In this document: positions 11,596 to 24,178 of the stretch, in pieces | Layout of the letters: each line of letters starts with the position of its first letter | Numbering within the stretch: position 1 is the first letter of the stretch | NCBI RefSeq assembly: GCF_006345805.1 | Contig: NC_043007.1 | Location: forward strand, 13,826,001-13,890,000 | Source of the DNA: Octopus sinensis | Lineage: Eukaryota | Direction of reading: 5' to 3' | DNA length: 64,000 nucleotides | Translations under genes and position numbers: made by a program | Notes under the pieces: generated by a model | What the model was told of the DNA's origin: nothing | The model's database searches: none | What the model saw: the letters and a program-made list of their open reading frames with translations, nothing else

Positions 11596-13460
11596 AGGCG
11601 GCGAGCTGGCAGAAACGTTAGCACGCCGTTACGTTCTGAGTTCAAATTCCGCTGGGGTCGACTGCCTTTCATCCTTTCGGGGTAGATTAAATAAATACCA
11701 GTAACGCACTGGGGTCGTTATAATCGACTTAATCCGTTTGCCTGTCCTTGTTTGTCCCCTCTGTGTTTAGCCCCTTGTGGGTAGTAAAGAAATAGGTATT
11801 TCGTCTGCCGCTACGTTCTGAGTACAAATTCCGCCGAGGTCGACTTTGCCTTTCATCCTTTCGGAGTCGTTAAATTAAGTACCAGTTACGCACTGATGTC
11901 GAGGTAATCGATTTTGTCTGTCCTTATTTGTCTCTTCCGTGTTTAGCCCCTTGTGGGCAATAAAGAAATATGAAATGTTAGCATGCCGGGCGAGATGCTT
12001 AGCGGTATTTTGTCTGCCGCTACGTTCTGAGTTCAAATTCCGCCGAGGTCGATTTGCCTTTCATTATTTCGGGGTCGATAAATTAAGTACCAGTTACGCA
12101 CTGAGGTCGATGTAATCGACTTAATCCGTTTGTCTCTCCTTGTTTGTCCTCTCTGTGTTTAGCCCGTTGTGGGTAGTAAAGAAATAAGAAACGTTAGCAC
12201 GCCTGGCGAAAGGCTTAGCGGCATTTCGTCTTCTGCTACGTACTGTGTTCAAATTCCGCCGAGGTCGACTTTGCCTTTCATCCTTTCGGGGTCGATAAAT
12301 TAACTACCAGTTACGCACTGGGGTCGATATAATTGACTTAATCCGTTTGTCTGTCCTTGTTTGTCCTCCTTGTGTGTAGCGCCTTGTGTGTAGCCCCTTG
12401 TGTGTAGCCCCTTGTGGGTGGTAAAGAAATAGGTATTTCGTCTGCGCTACGTTCTTCGTTCAAATTCCGCCGAGGTCGACTTTGCCTTTCTTTCATTCTT
12501 TCGGGGTCGATAAATTAAGTACTAGTTACGCACTGGGGTCGATATAATCGACTTAATCCGTTTGACTGACCTTGTTTGTCCGCTCTATGTTTAGCCCCTT
12601 GTTGGCAATAAAGAAATAAGAAACGTTAGCACGCCTGGCGAAAGGCTTAGCGGCATTTCGTCTTCTGCTACGTACTGTGTTCAAATTCCGCCGAGGTCGA
12701 CTTTGCCTTTCATCCTTTCGGGGTCGATAAATTAACTACCAGTTACGCACTGGGGTCGATATAATTGACTTAATCCGTTTGTCTGTCCTTGTTTGTCCTC
12801 CTTGTGTGTAGCGCCTTGTGTGTAGCCCCTTGTGTGTAGCCCCTTGTGGTGGTAAAGAAATAGGTATTTCGTCTGCGCTACGTTCTTCGTTCAAATTCCG
12901 CCGAGGTCGACTTTGCCTTTCTTTCATTCTTTCGGGGTCGATAAATTAAGTACTAGTTACGCACTGGGGTCGATATAATCGACTTAATCCGTTTGACTGA
13001 CCTTGTTTGTCCGCTCTATGTTTAGCCCCTTGTTGGCAATAAAGAAATAAGAAACGTTAGCACGCCGGGCGAGATGCTTAGCGGTATTTCGCCTGCCGCT
13101 ATGTTCTGCGTTCAAATTCCGCCGAGGTCGACTTTGCCTTTCATCCTTTCGGGGTCGATAAATTAAGTACCAGTTACGCACTGGGGTCGATGTAATCGAC
13201 TTATTCCGTTTGTCTGTCCTTGTTTGTCCCCTCTATGTTGAGCCTTTTGTGGGTAGTAAAGAAATAGGTATTTTCGTCTGCCGCTACGTTCAGAGTTCAA
13301 ATTCCGCCGAGGTCGACTTTGCCTTTCATCCATTCAAAGTCGATAAATTAAGTAGCATTTACGCACTGGGGTCGATGTAATCGACTTAATCCCCTTGTCT
13401 GTCCTTAATCGCTTTGTCTGTCCCCTCATGTTTAACCCTTTGTGGGCAATAAAGAAATAA
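11596..13460 (+). mobile_element. SINE family 3 (Meta-domain-like) head-to-tail 9-mer
   Basis: One head (aaggcggcgagctggcag) followed by 9 copies of caaattccgc...gcctttcatcctttcggggtcgataaattaagtaccag...aaagaaata. The central box resembles the MetaSINE/Sauria-SINE domain (from recall). Confidence 0.9.
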
Positions 13461-13480
13461 AAATCAACTGTAAGCTAATT

Positions 13481-13606
<126 letters not shown>

Positions 13607-14570
13607 TGGGGAGAAAGGAAAGCGAGTGAGCAATAGCGATTAAAGTTTTAAAAAATTAGAAATGGAACAATGAGAATGAAAATATAAATGTAAATAAAAC
13701 TAACAGACAGACAGGCAGACAGAGGAAAGAACAATGAAAGAAGATAGAAAAGAAAAGATTATTAAGATTGAAAATAAGATTTAACTAAGGAGGGGAGGAG
13801 AAGAGTCATGAGACGGAGAGGGGATAATGATAAAGAGGAGGGGGAGGAGCAGAAAGTGGAAGGGGAGATTTAATGGCGGGTAGTTATGGTGAATTTTGTA
13901 TAAAAATGTACAAAACGTTATTGTAGTGATAATAAAAGGGAGAAGAAGGCAAAGGGGTATGGTGGGAGTAGTAATAAAGTGAAGAGAAGGAAATACTACG
14001 GAAGGCTGGAATAGGGTAAGGGGTATATGCGGGTAAGGTGGAAGGCCCTTTTTTTTTATTTTTCCACTAGAAATAATGCGAGGGGCTAAATCGAATGGAT
14101 TGAATTGGGTGAGTTAGGGGTGGATGTGGTATAAGGGTGGATTTATTAGACGGAAGAATGTAGTGGTGGAGGATGGATTTAAAAGGTGCAGAAAGTCGGG
14201 GTTTTATTTTTAAGGGTATAAAATGTCGGTTTTTTTAAGGTTATAAAAAAAAAACAGAAATGAAAATCTGAAGTTGTAATTTAATGAAAATGCTTCTTTC
14301 TCTTTTTATTTTTTACTTGTTTCAGACCTTAGACTGCGGCCATGCTGGAGCACCGCCTTGAAAATGTTTCCGTCTCACAAATCGACCGCAGGACTTTTTT
14401 TCCTAAATCTGGTCCTTATTTTGTCGTTCTCTTTTGCCCAACCACTCAGTTACGGGTACGTAAACGCACCAAAACACAAGTCGTTAAGCGGTGGTAAAGA
14501 GAAATACAGAAACGAAACACTCACACACGTACACATACACACACATACACTCATAGAACATAAACACACA

Positions 14571-14613
<43 letters not shown>

Positions 14614-14953
14614 AACTTAGACAGAAGAACACGTTAAGACGGTGCAGTCTTCGGTGGACTGCGTCAAGAAGAAAGCCTGTATAATCGCAGGTGGTAGGCG
14701 CTTCCTTGTAAGCCTACAGGATAAGGTTACACACTTCGGTAAAGCAACTACTAACGTCACCATCTCCGGCACCAACATAAACAACTACGGTGCCACCATT
14801 ATCATAAGCACCATAAATATCAGTATCAATAGATTAATGAAATCCAGAAGATGGAAGAAACCAACACTATTGTATTTCATTGCGGTTTACCACCTCTTGC
14901 AACGCTAATTGAGTGAACCGACTTATTGGTTTAAAATTTTCTTTTTATGAATA

Positions 14954-15727
14954 CCTATTTCTTTTACTACCCACAAGGGGCTAAACACAGAGGAGACAAA
15001 CAAGGACAAACAAACGGATTAAGTCGACTACATCGACCCCAGTGCGTAACTGGTTACTTATTTATCGACCCCGAACGGATGAAAGGCAAAGTCGACCGCG
15101 GTGGAATTTGAACTCAGAACGTAACGCGGCAAACGAAATAGCTATTTCTTTACTACCCACAAGGGGCTAAACACAGGGAGGACAAACAAGGACAGATAAA
15201 ACGGATTAAGTCGATTATATCGACCCCAGTGCGTAACTGGTACTTTATTTATCGACCCCGAACGGATGAAAGGCAAAGTCGACCGCGGTGGAATTTGAAC
15301 TCAGAACGTAACGCGGCAAACGAAATAGCTATTTCTTTACTACCCACAAGGGGCTAAACACAGGGAGGACAAACAAGTACAGACAAACGGATTAAGTTGA
15401 CTACATCGACTCCAGTGCGTAACTGGTACTTTATTTATCGACCCCGAAAGGATGAAAGGCAAAGTCGACAGCGGTGGATTTTGAACTCAGAACGTAACGC
15501 GGCAAACGAAATAGCTATTTCTTTACTACCCACAAGGGGCTAAACACAGGGAGGACAAACAAGGACAGATAAAACGGATTAAGTCGATTATATCGACCCC
15601 AGTGCGTAACTGGTACTTATTTAATCGACCCAGAATGGATGAAAGGCAAGGAATTTGAACTTAGAACGTAACGTCAGACGAAATACGGCTACGCATTTCG
15701 CCCGGCGTGCTAACGTTTCTGCCAGCT
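14954..15727 (-). mobile_element. SINE family 3 head-to-tail 4-mer (~187-bp period)
   Basis: Units start at ~14955, 15142, 15329 and 15515; single head at 15700-15727. Confidence 0.9.
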
Positions 15728-15956
15728 AATAATTTGCCTGCTAACTATGTCTAGTGACCGTATAAAATTCACCCTTTATTACTTAAGACACCATCTTTTT
15801 TTAGCTAGTGGCTCCTCATTGGTTCAGTATTTACTTCCTTCTTGAATCATAGGTTCCCCGATAAACTTAGAGGCCTTGTCGTCGCATGAGACGTTCCTTT
15901 GATAGCTCACAGTTTTCGTCCATCTGAGACGCACGTCTTGGGTTTAAAACAGAGGT

Positions 15957-16161
15957 TACTCTTTTACGCTTTTACTTGTTTCACTCATTTGACTGCGGCC
16001 ATACTGGAGCACCGCTTTTAGTCGAGCACATCGACCCCAGGACTTATTCTTTGTAAGCCTAGTACTTATACTATCGGTCTCTTAAGCCGAACCGCTAAAT
16101 TACGGGGAAGTAAACACACCAGCATCGGTTGTCAAGCGATGTTGGTGGACAAACACAAACT

Positions 16162-16193
<32 letters not shown>

Positions 16194-16197
16194 GATA

Positions 16198-16239
<42 letters not shown>

Positions 16240-16352
16240 TGCATATACGGACGGGCTTCTTTGGTCAGCCTGAGACTATAGTAGAAGACACTTGCCCAAG
16301 TTGCCACGCAGTGGGACTGAACTCGGAACTATGTGGTTCGTAAGCAAGCTAC
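15957..16352 (-). mobile_element. SINE family 1, slightly 5'-truncated with an internal deletion
   Basis: Colinear with 1343-1779. Confidence 0.85.
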
Positions 16353-16670
16353 TTTATTTCATAAATTTGCCATATAGACAGTACAAAGAGCTTTGCGGGC
16401 TGGACAAATACATTAATGAATGAAAATGAAATATAATGAATAAATGAGAGACGAAACCCAACACCTGCCGATTGGATTTTTCTCGAAAACATATTTTCTT
16501 TTTTTTTTTAAATCAATATGAGGTTTCGAACTACACAGCCATCCTTACGCAGTTCTGAACTTTTTAAAGGGGTCTATGGACCCCTTTAATTACTATTTTC
16601 TTCTGGTGGATCCCAATAACCATCCGATGTTTAAAACAAGTTTTATAGAAATTTCTTTCGAAATTCTTAT

Positions 16671-16770
16671 NNNNNNNNNNNNNNNNNNNNNNNNNNNNNN
16701 NNNNNNNNNNNNNNNNNNNNNNNNNNNNNNNNNNNNNNNNNNNNNNNNNNNNNNNNNNNNNNNNNNNNNN
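16671..16770. other. Assembly gap (100 N)
   Basis: Exactly 100 Ns, a typical placeholder for a gap of unknown size. Confidence 1.
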
Positions 16771-17296
16771 ACACCAAACTAACCTAACAACTCCTTATTT
16801 CATTACAGGTCAAAAGGTCACAATTTGCTGGACACTGATTCTAACAGGCATCTTCCTCACCATCACCGCCTTCTTTTACCATCATTGCTTATTATTATTA
16901 TTATTATTATCATTATTATTATTCCATATGGCCACCTGGCCTAAAAGAAATAGCAGTGAATACTCTTTAAAAATAAGACTGTAATTTAAAAAAAAAAAAC
17001 ACTAATTTAAACTCAAAATTTAATTGGAAAAATGTAGTCTCGGATACTCCTAAAGAGTCAGGATGGTTAAGGTTGGAATGTCTCGACCTGAAGATAAGCA
17101 ACAACAACACTCATACACTATACTACTGGTTTCTAATAAAGACCCTTTGCAATAGGGACACTAACAAGTCAACACTACAGGGAGAAACACAGGGTGCTTT
17201 TCAAGATAAATTCCTTCCTGGTCAAGGGTCCAAATAAAACCTTAAGATCTCTCTCTCCTCCTTATGATACATAAGCATTTAAAAACCTGTTTAGGT

Positions 17297-17851
17297 CAGT
17301 GGGTCCCAATCAGGGTCCTTAAGATTTTGTATCTACAATACACAAAACATTTCAATTTCTGTTTTTATTACAATTCCCAATAATATTCTATAAAAATACA
17401 GTAGGATTTTTTATATATATATATATATTTATATATACACTTCATTATCATCATCATTTAAGGTCTGCTTTCCATGCTAGCATGGGTTGGTCTGTTGACT
17501 GAGAATTGGCAAGCCAGGAGGCAACATCAGGTTCCAATCTGATTTGGCAAGGTTTCTACAGCTGGATGCCCTTTCTAATGCCAACCCATCTGAGTGTAGT
17601 GGGTGCTTTTACATACACTGGTATCGACCATTCTTGAACGGTGCTTTTTACGTGCTACCAGCTTGGGTGCCAGTCATGTGGCACTGGCATCGGTCACACT
17701 CGAATGGTGCTTTTTACATGACACCAGCATGGATGCCAGTCAAGCAGCACTGGCGTCACCGATGCTTGAGATCAAATGGTTAGGGAGTTCCAGTAGAGTA
17801 AAAGAGGATTCAAGAGGGGTTCCGTAGACAAAAAATGGTCAAGAAACAGTG
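17297..17851. mobile_element. hAT-type MITE interrupted by a SINE-like family 5 copy
   Basis: Starts cagtgggtcccaa; 8-bp TSD gtttaggt (17289-17296) / gtttagat (17852-17859). Confidence 0.65.
17445..17770 (-). mobile_element. Retroposon family 5 ((GAT)n tail, internal gtgcttttta...cac sub-repeats)
   Basis: Homologous to 36060-36202 and 44801-45140 (ccatgctagcatgg; ggatgccctt..taatgccaac). Confidence 0.75.
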
Positions 17852-18218
17852 GTTTAGATTCACAATAAGATTTACATCCACACAGACCATGGGTGAGCTT
17901 TATATCAGTTTTAACGACTTTATCTAATTACTTATTCAGTATGGATTTATAAACTGCAGGATAGTAACCCCTACAACCCCTGTGGGGTGGGGGCACGTGC
18001 AGACAAACACCAACAGTGGAAAATTTACTAGTGGAAGATATAAAAGCGTAGTAGTGGTGGTGGTGTGGTTGAGCGGGGAGAGGATGGGTACGGATTCATG
18101 AAAGGTTTATGAAGGGGTCCATGAACCCCCAGTGATGAGGAGGGAGAAAGAAAGATGAGTGATGTGTGCATCAAGTGTCTACGATCAGTCTCAAGTGCAG
18201 GGGACTAGCAGCAGCAGC

Positions 18219-18255
<37 letters not shown>

Positions 18256-18592
18256 TGAAAGAAAAATGTACCAAAGTTCAATTGCGAGGGTTAGTAAACT
18301 GGACAGAGCTATTGTATGGAAGAATTGTGGAGAAGGTTAAAGGCTTCCAAAAATTTTCGGTCCAGCAAAAATAAATGTTAGTGTAAACACTGAGCTGTGT
18401 GTGTGTGTTGTGGGGTGTGTGTGAATAATGGTAATTTGGCTAAATTAATGGAACAAAAATGTAACTCTGGTGGAAAGTATTATAAATCATGGAATATAAG
18501 CTGTTCAACCTAATTGTAACAGAGAAATGGTATTTTGGTACTGGGATGTCAAGAAGGTGTGTGTGTGTGTGTGTGTGAGTGAGTGAGTGAGT

Positions 18593-18628
<36 letters not shown>

Positions 18629-18915
18629 AAGAGAGAGAAGGAGAGAGTGAAAGCATGGACAAAGATGAGAGAGAGAGAGAGAGAGAGAGAGATGGGGGAG
18701 GAGGTGACAGATATTGTTCTGACATCTGAGTGAGAGAGAGAGAGAGAGAGAGGGAGGGAGGGAGAGAGAGAAGGGGGAAAGGTATTTTAGTGACAACAGC
18801 AGCAGCAGGAGCCATGATAAAGAACAGATGTATTGAAGTAGTGGCCAGTGGAAATGGTTGTAGTAAGAGGAGAGGCAAGTAGACAAAAAAAGAGAGAGTA
18901 CAATATGAAGAGGGG

Positions 18916-18946
<31 letters not shown>

Positions 18947-19275
18947 GTGGGGGTTGGTTAGATGATAGCAGTTAGAGTAGTTTAGTGAAAACTACCTTTG
19001 ACCAACTGGCAGAAGGTTACACACACACACACACACATACACACACGCACACACACGCACACACACACACATATCTGCTGTAATTGTTCTGCACTCACAA
19101 GACAGACACAGACAGACAGACAGACAGACAGACAGGCTGCCTGGAAAGTTGGTTAAATATCAACAATGTAATACATCATCATCATCATCAACAACAACAA
19201 CTAGGGAAAAACAAAAACAAGACAAAACAAAAACAAAAAAAAACCCCAACTAATCATCCCATCTCTTCTGGACAA

Positions 19276-19313
<38 letters not shown>

Positions 19314-19350
19314 AGGGTAGGTGGGTGCCCGGGGGGGGAATGGGGATAGA

Positions 19351-19387
<37 letters not shown>

Positions 19388-19774
19388 TGGAGTGTCACTG
19401 CAACAACAACTGAATCAACTTTTTTGTGGGGTGGGGTGGGGTGGAGGGGTGGGGTGGGGTGGAGGGGTCGAAGGAATCAAAGGACTTGAAACTGACACTG
19501 GTAGTGCCAGTGATGATGGTGATGATGATGATGATGATACAACTCAGGAAAAAAGGAACTGTGTGATAGAGAAAGAGGAAGAGAGGAGAGAGAGAGAGGA
19601 AGAGCAATGAAGAGAGAGAGAGAGGAAGAGCAATGAAAGAGAGAGAGAGGAAGAGCAATGAAAGAGAGGAGAGAGAGAGAAAAGGGGAGGTAGAGGTGGA
19701 CAGAGAGAAATAAAAGAAAGCTAAGGAATAAAAGTGTGTATATATATATATATACATATATACATATATAATAT

Positions 19775-19817
<43 letters not shown>

Positions 19818-20445
19818 TAATATATATATATAAAAGACTCTCCAACTCTTAGAAAACAGAGAGAAAGAGGAAGAGAAGAGGAAGAGAGAGGAAGAGCAAT
19901 GAAAGAGAGAGAGAGAAAAGGGGAGGCAGAGGTGGACAGAGAGAAATAAAAGAAGGTTAAGGAATAAGTATATATATATATATAAAAGATCCACAAATTC
20001 TTAGAAAACAGGTGGTGGTGGTGGTGGTCTGTTTTTGGTAAAAATTTATTCAGCTAATAAATTTGGGTGAGGTCAAATGCCATGGAGAGAAGATCCCTCT
20101 CCACCACCCATCACAGCTTATGAGGTTGTCCAGACTGACCATAGATAGACAAGACAAACAGTAATAGCTGGCTGGCTATCTAATGTCTTTCGCTTGCCAT
20201 ACACTAGCCAATCTGAGAAAACAACATATTTCTTAATTGGGGCCCATAAACACAACACTGCAAAGTAAGAAGCTATTCAACACTGTATGGTAAATTGTGT
20301 GTGTGTGTGTTGTGTTATCAGTGAGAAAACTTTGGGGAGTTTGATATAATATGGGAGTCTATGGAAAAATAATGTTATAAGGGGTTTATGAGAAAATTAT
20401 ATTATATTATATTTATTGGCGGGTTAGGTTGTCAGTGAAATATAT

Positions 20446-20671
20446 ATTTCTTTGCTACCCACAAGGGGCTAAACACAGAGGAGACAGACAAAGGGATTAA
20501 GTCGATTACATCCCCCCCCCCCCAGTGCGTAACTGGTACTTAATTTATCGACCCCGAAAGGATGAAAGGCAAAGTCGACCTCGGCGGAATTTGAACTCGG
20601 AACGCAACGACAGACGAAATACGGCTATGAATTTCGCCCGGCGTGCTAACGTTTCTACCAGCTCGCCGCCT
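20446..20671 (-). mobile_element. SINE family 3 monomer, full length
   Basis: 11-bp TSD agtgaaatata (20434-20444 / 20674-20684). Confidence 0.9.
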
Positions 20672-21530
20672 TTAGTGAAATATAAGCTTGTTATGGGCAC
20701 AGGCATGTGTACATGGTTAAGAAGGTCCCTTTGTAACCAGGTAACCTTTGTAACCAGCGCCTTGTGTGAGAATTAGGGAGCCGAAAACGGTGAAAGCCAG
20801 CCATAAAACTAATACTAGAATGGAAAAAGGGACATTAAATGATGATGATGATAGTGTGTTTGTGTTTGTGAGTGTGTTTGTTTGTCGTTAAGCAGTAGGA
20901 TAGGTATGATGTTGGTTTGTTTACATCCTTGGAACTTCGGCAAAAAGAAGCTGATAGAATAAGGGCCACATTTAAAGCACTGAGGTTGATTTGTTCTAAA
21001 ACTCAACATCATGCTCCAGCATGGCCATAGTCCAATGACTGAAGCAAGTAAAAGAATAAAAGAACATTGATAATAAAATATTGGTGTGGATGTATACATA
21101 CATATACAGATGTATGTGTATGTATATAGATGTTAGTGTGGATGTGTGTGAATATATGAGAGGCAGGTTTGTAAACACAAAAGAGAGAAACTTGTGACTA
21201 ACTTTTATTTATTTACCCCTCAGTCTGTTCAATTGTTATCATCTCTACATATTTTACATAGTTCATCTGATGAATGTCCAGTCTTACATTTCATGGACAA
21301 TGGGTTAAACCATACACAACAATATAACCAATGTGTGAGCTATTGTGTGACAGAAATACCAGCCGAGTCTCCCTCAGATCACAACCTGACATCTTAAAAA
21401 AACAAAAAAATTCCCCCAGAAACTAACACATTGAAAAAATTGGAATGGTTGTAACTGGAATGCCTTTGAGCCACTCATGAGCATTTGTGTTTTAGATATA
21501 CCAGCCAAATCTCCCTCAAACACCCTAACA

Positions 21531-21943
21531 CAGCCATGGGCAACTTCTCAACTTCTTTTGAGAAAGTGGGCTACATTAGACAAGGCTTACCATCAGGTAG
21601 GCCATACTACTGAAAAATAAATTCAAGGTGATTTTTTTTGTTAGGCAAAGGCGGCAAGCTGGCAAAAGCATTAGCACGCCAGGTGAAATGCTTAGCAGTA
21701 TTTCATCTGCCGCTACGTTCTGAGTTCAAATTCCGCCGAGGTCGACTTTGCCTTTCATCCTTTCGGGGTCAATAAATTAAGTACCAGTTACGCACTGGGG
21801 TCGATGTAATCGACTTAATCCATTTGTCTGTCCTTGTTTGTCCCCTCTGTGTTTAGCCCCTTGTGGGTAGTAAAGAAATAGGTTAATTTTGTTTTTTAGG
21901 CATCATTCAGAAAGTCCCATGGGTTGCAGTTTGTCCCTGACTG
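21531..21943. mobile_element. hAT-type MITE containing a SINE family 3 monomer (21648-21882, +)
   Basis: Termini cagccatgggcaac / tttgtccctgactg; 8-bp TSD ccctaaca / ccctcaca. Confidence 0.7.
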
Positions 21944-22065
21944 CCCTCACAGCTTGAAATAAATTTAGCAAAAGTCGTTCCAAGATATACTATACATGAG
22001 ACAGAAAAGAAAAAGTTAGAGTGGTCACGGCTGGAAAGCCTTTGGTTGACTGGAAGTAGCGTTAA

Positions 22066-22220
22066 CCCTGTAGCATTCAACCAGGCTGGCCTATCACCCT
22101 TCAACAATGTCATTTCCAAAGTTAAAGAATCACATCATCGAAATACCAAAGCTACAAGATAAACCATGATTAATTCCAAATAACGTGAATAAGTAAGAGT
22201 TAACGAGAATGCTAAAGGAA
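22066..22220 (+). mobile_element. TTAA MITE family A, internally deleted and degraded
   Basis: TTAA-ccctgtagcattcaa...gctaaaggaa-TTAA; shares caatgtcattc and aagctacaagataa..catgattaattc with other A copies. Confidence 0.7.
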
Positions 22221-22711
22221 TTAACAACAAGACGAGTGAAGTTTGTTCTCTGTTTTATGAAAGTGAGGCATAAAAATGTGTGAATGAGAGAATTTATAGT
22301 TTATTTAGCAAAGAAGGAAAGAAAAAACAAAAACCCTGCTAGGAGCGGCAGAAATATTAACAAGGTTTTTACTAATGTGTTAAATAGGCGATTATGGCGT
22401 AAAAATAACTAGTTTTTACACATTTAGTTGTTTAATTAAGCTACAATCTTACATCCATGCAATAACATGGAACCACACACACTTACATTAGGTTTCACAT
22501 TACACGCTTCTGTAAAGTCATACACACTACCATTTTAATATTCTTCAAATAACCACCCTTTCATTATTTTATATCTAAAAAAAAAAAAAAAAAAAAAAAA
22601 AATCCAGTTATCCATTGGCCCAGCTCATTGGTGAGGATTTGATCCTACAGCGTAACATTTTGGTCAAGTGTCTTCTATAAGACCAGGGGCTAACAAATGT
22701 TTTGCAAATGA

Positions 22712-23135
22712 AAGGCGGCAAGCTGTAAGAATCGTTAGCACACCGGGCGAAATGCTTAGCAGTGTTTCATCTGCCGCTACGTTCTGAGTTCAAATTCCGC
22801 CGAGGTCGACTTTGTCTTTCATCCTTTCGGGGTCGATAAATTAAGAACCAGTTACGCACTGGAGTCGATGTAATCGACTTAATCCGTTTGTCTTCTCTAT
22901 GTTTAGCCCCTTGTGGGCAATAAAGAAATAAAGAACGTTAGCACGCCGGGCGAAATGCTTAGCGGTGTTTCGCCTGACGTTACGTTCTGAGTTCAAATTC
23001 CGCCGAAGTCGACTTTGCCTTTCATCCTTTCGGGGCTCGATAAATTAAGTACCAGTTAACGTACTGGGGTTGATATAATTGACTTAATCCGTTTGTCCTC
23101 TCTATGTTTAGCCCCTTGTGGTTAATAAAGAAATA
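22712..23135 (+). mobile_element. SINE family 3 dimer inside one 15-bp TSD
   Basis: TSD aaatgttttgcaaat at 22695-22709 and 23136-23150. Confidence 0.9.
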
Positions 23136-23939
23136 AAATGTTTTGCAAATTAAATTTCATAGTTGGAACTGCATCAGTATTGTGTGTGTTTATAGCAGAA
23201 GGACATTGGTCAATCAAACACCAATGTGGTGCCTGAAGCAGGATTTTGAAATGGAAATGGACAGCTTTGCCATGCAACAATTACCGGCTGATTCTTTGTG
23301 ATTATTGAGGCCTGGTCACAAAAAAAAATGGACCGAAAACAATGGAATAACTACTGGCTTTAAGACTAACTACAGACAGATAAAACAAGATTCAATATAG
23401 GATTGAACCGCAACCCAAAGGATCTGAAAAGGGCTGTACAAAACATTAAGATTCACATCTCCACATTGTTATGTAATCATATTTGAGTATACATGTGACC
23501 TTGTGAGAAAGAACAGGGATGTGTGTGTGTGTGTGTGTGTGTGGTAGTGCGTTGGCTGAATTGTTAGAGCATCAGAGAAAATGCTTTGTAGTATTTATTT
23601 GTTGCAGCCCTTTACATCCAGAGTTCAAACCTCATCCAAACCAACTTTGCCCTTTCATCCTTTTAGCAGGGAGAGGCTTCATAATAAATTAGTGTTGGTC
23701 AAACATGGGTTGACATAATCTGTTTACTCCTCCTTCCAAATTGCTTGTCTCGTATCGAAACTAGAAATTATTATTACATACACAATTATTACCATCATCA
23801 TCATCATCATTATTATTATTATTATTTGTTTCAACCAGTCGCCAACCCACGTTACCCTGAAATCCTCATATTCCTTAATTTCTCCCAATAACCCTCCTCC
23901 TGTTACCGAACAATATGATTATGTCATCAGTTTTCTTAC

Positions 23940-24066
23940 CTCAGACAGGGTAAAGGGGCATGGCTGGGCACGGCTGGAGGATGTTGCTGTTTGATACGGA
24001 CCCCTGTCTCTCAAAACTGAACACCAGCCAGCACGGGAGAAACCATTGTAAGTTTGGCAATAGGAA

Positions 24067-24102
<36 letters not shown>

Positions 24103-24178
24103 GGAGGATGGAAATGAAGATGTGGTTGAGGCGGTAGTGGTGGTGGTGGTGATGATGATGGCAGCTGACAGGTTTATG
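23940..24178 (-). other. Candidate exon (coding status unclear)
   Basis: Minus-strand acceptor aatattttacag| and strong donor GAG|gtaaga; all three frames contain a stop from this acceptor. A plus-strand reading (23945-24047, cctcag| ... |gtaagt) is also possible. Confidence 0.25.

Noticed and set aside
12736-13181. Recurring peptides MRNWYLIYRPRKDERQSRPRRNLN (also 20525) and DTCPRCHAVGLNPEPCGW (1537, 2388)
   Set aside because: Antisense translations of SINE families 3 and 1, not a protein family.
14642-14908. 88-aa ORF with a small hairpin gcagtc/gactgc
   Set aside because: No recognisable domain, non-ATG start and no convincing splice sites.
20100-20215. Minus-strand exon encoding a WLVYGKR neuropeptide-like cleavage site
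   Set aside because: A single GKR in a short frame is expected by chance; no signal peptide or repeated motif.
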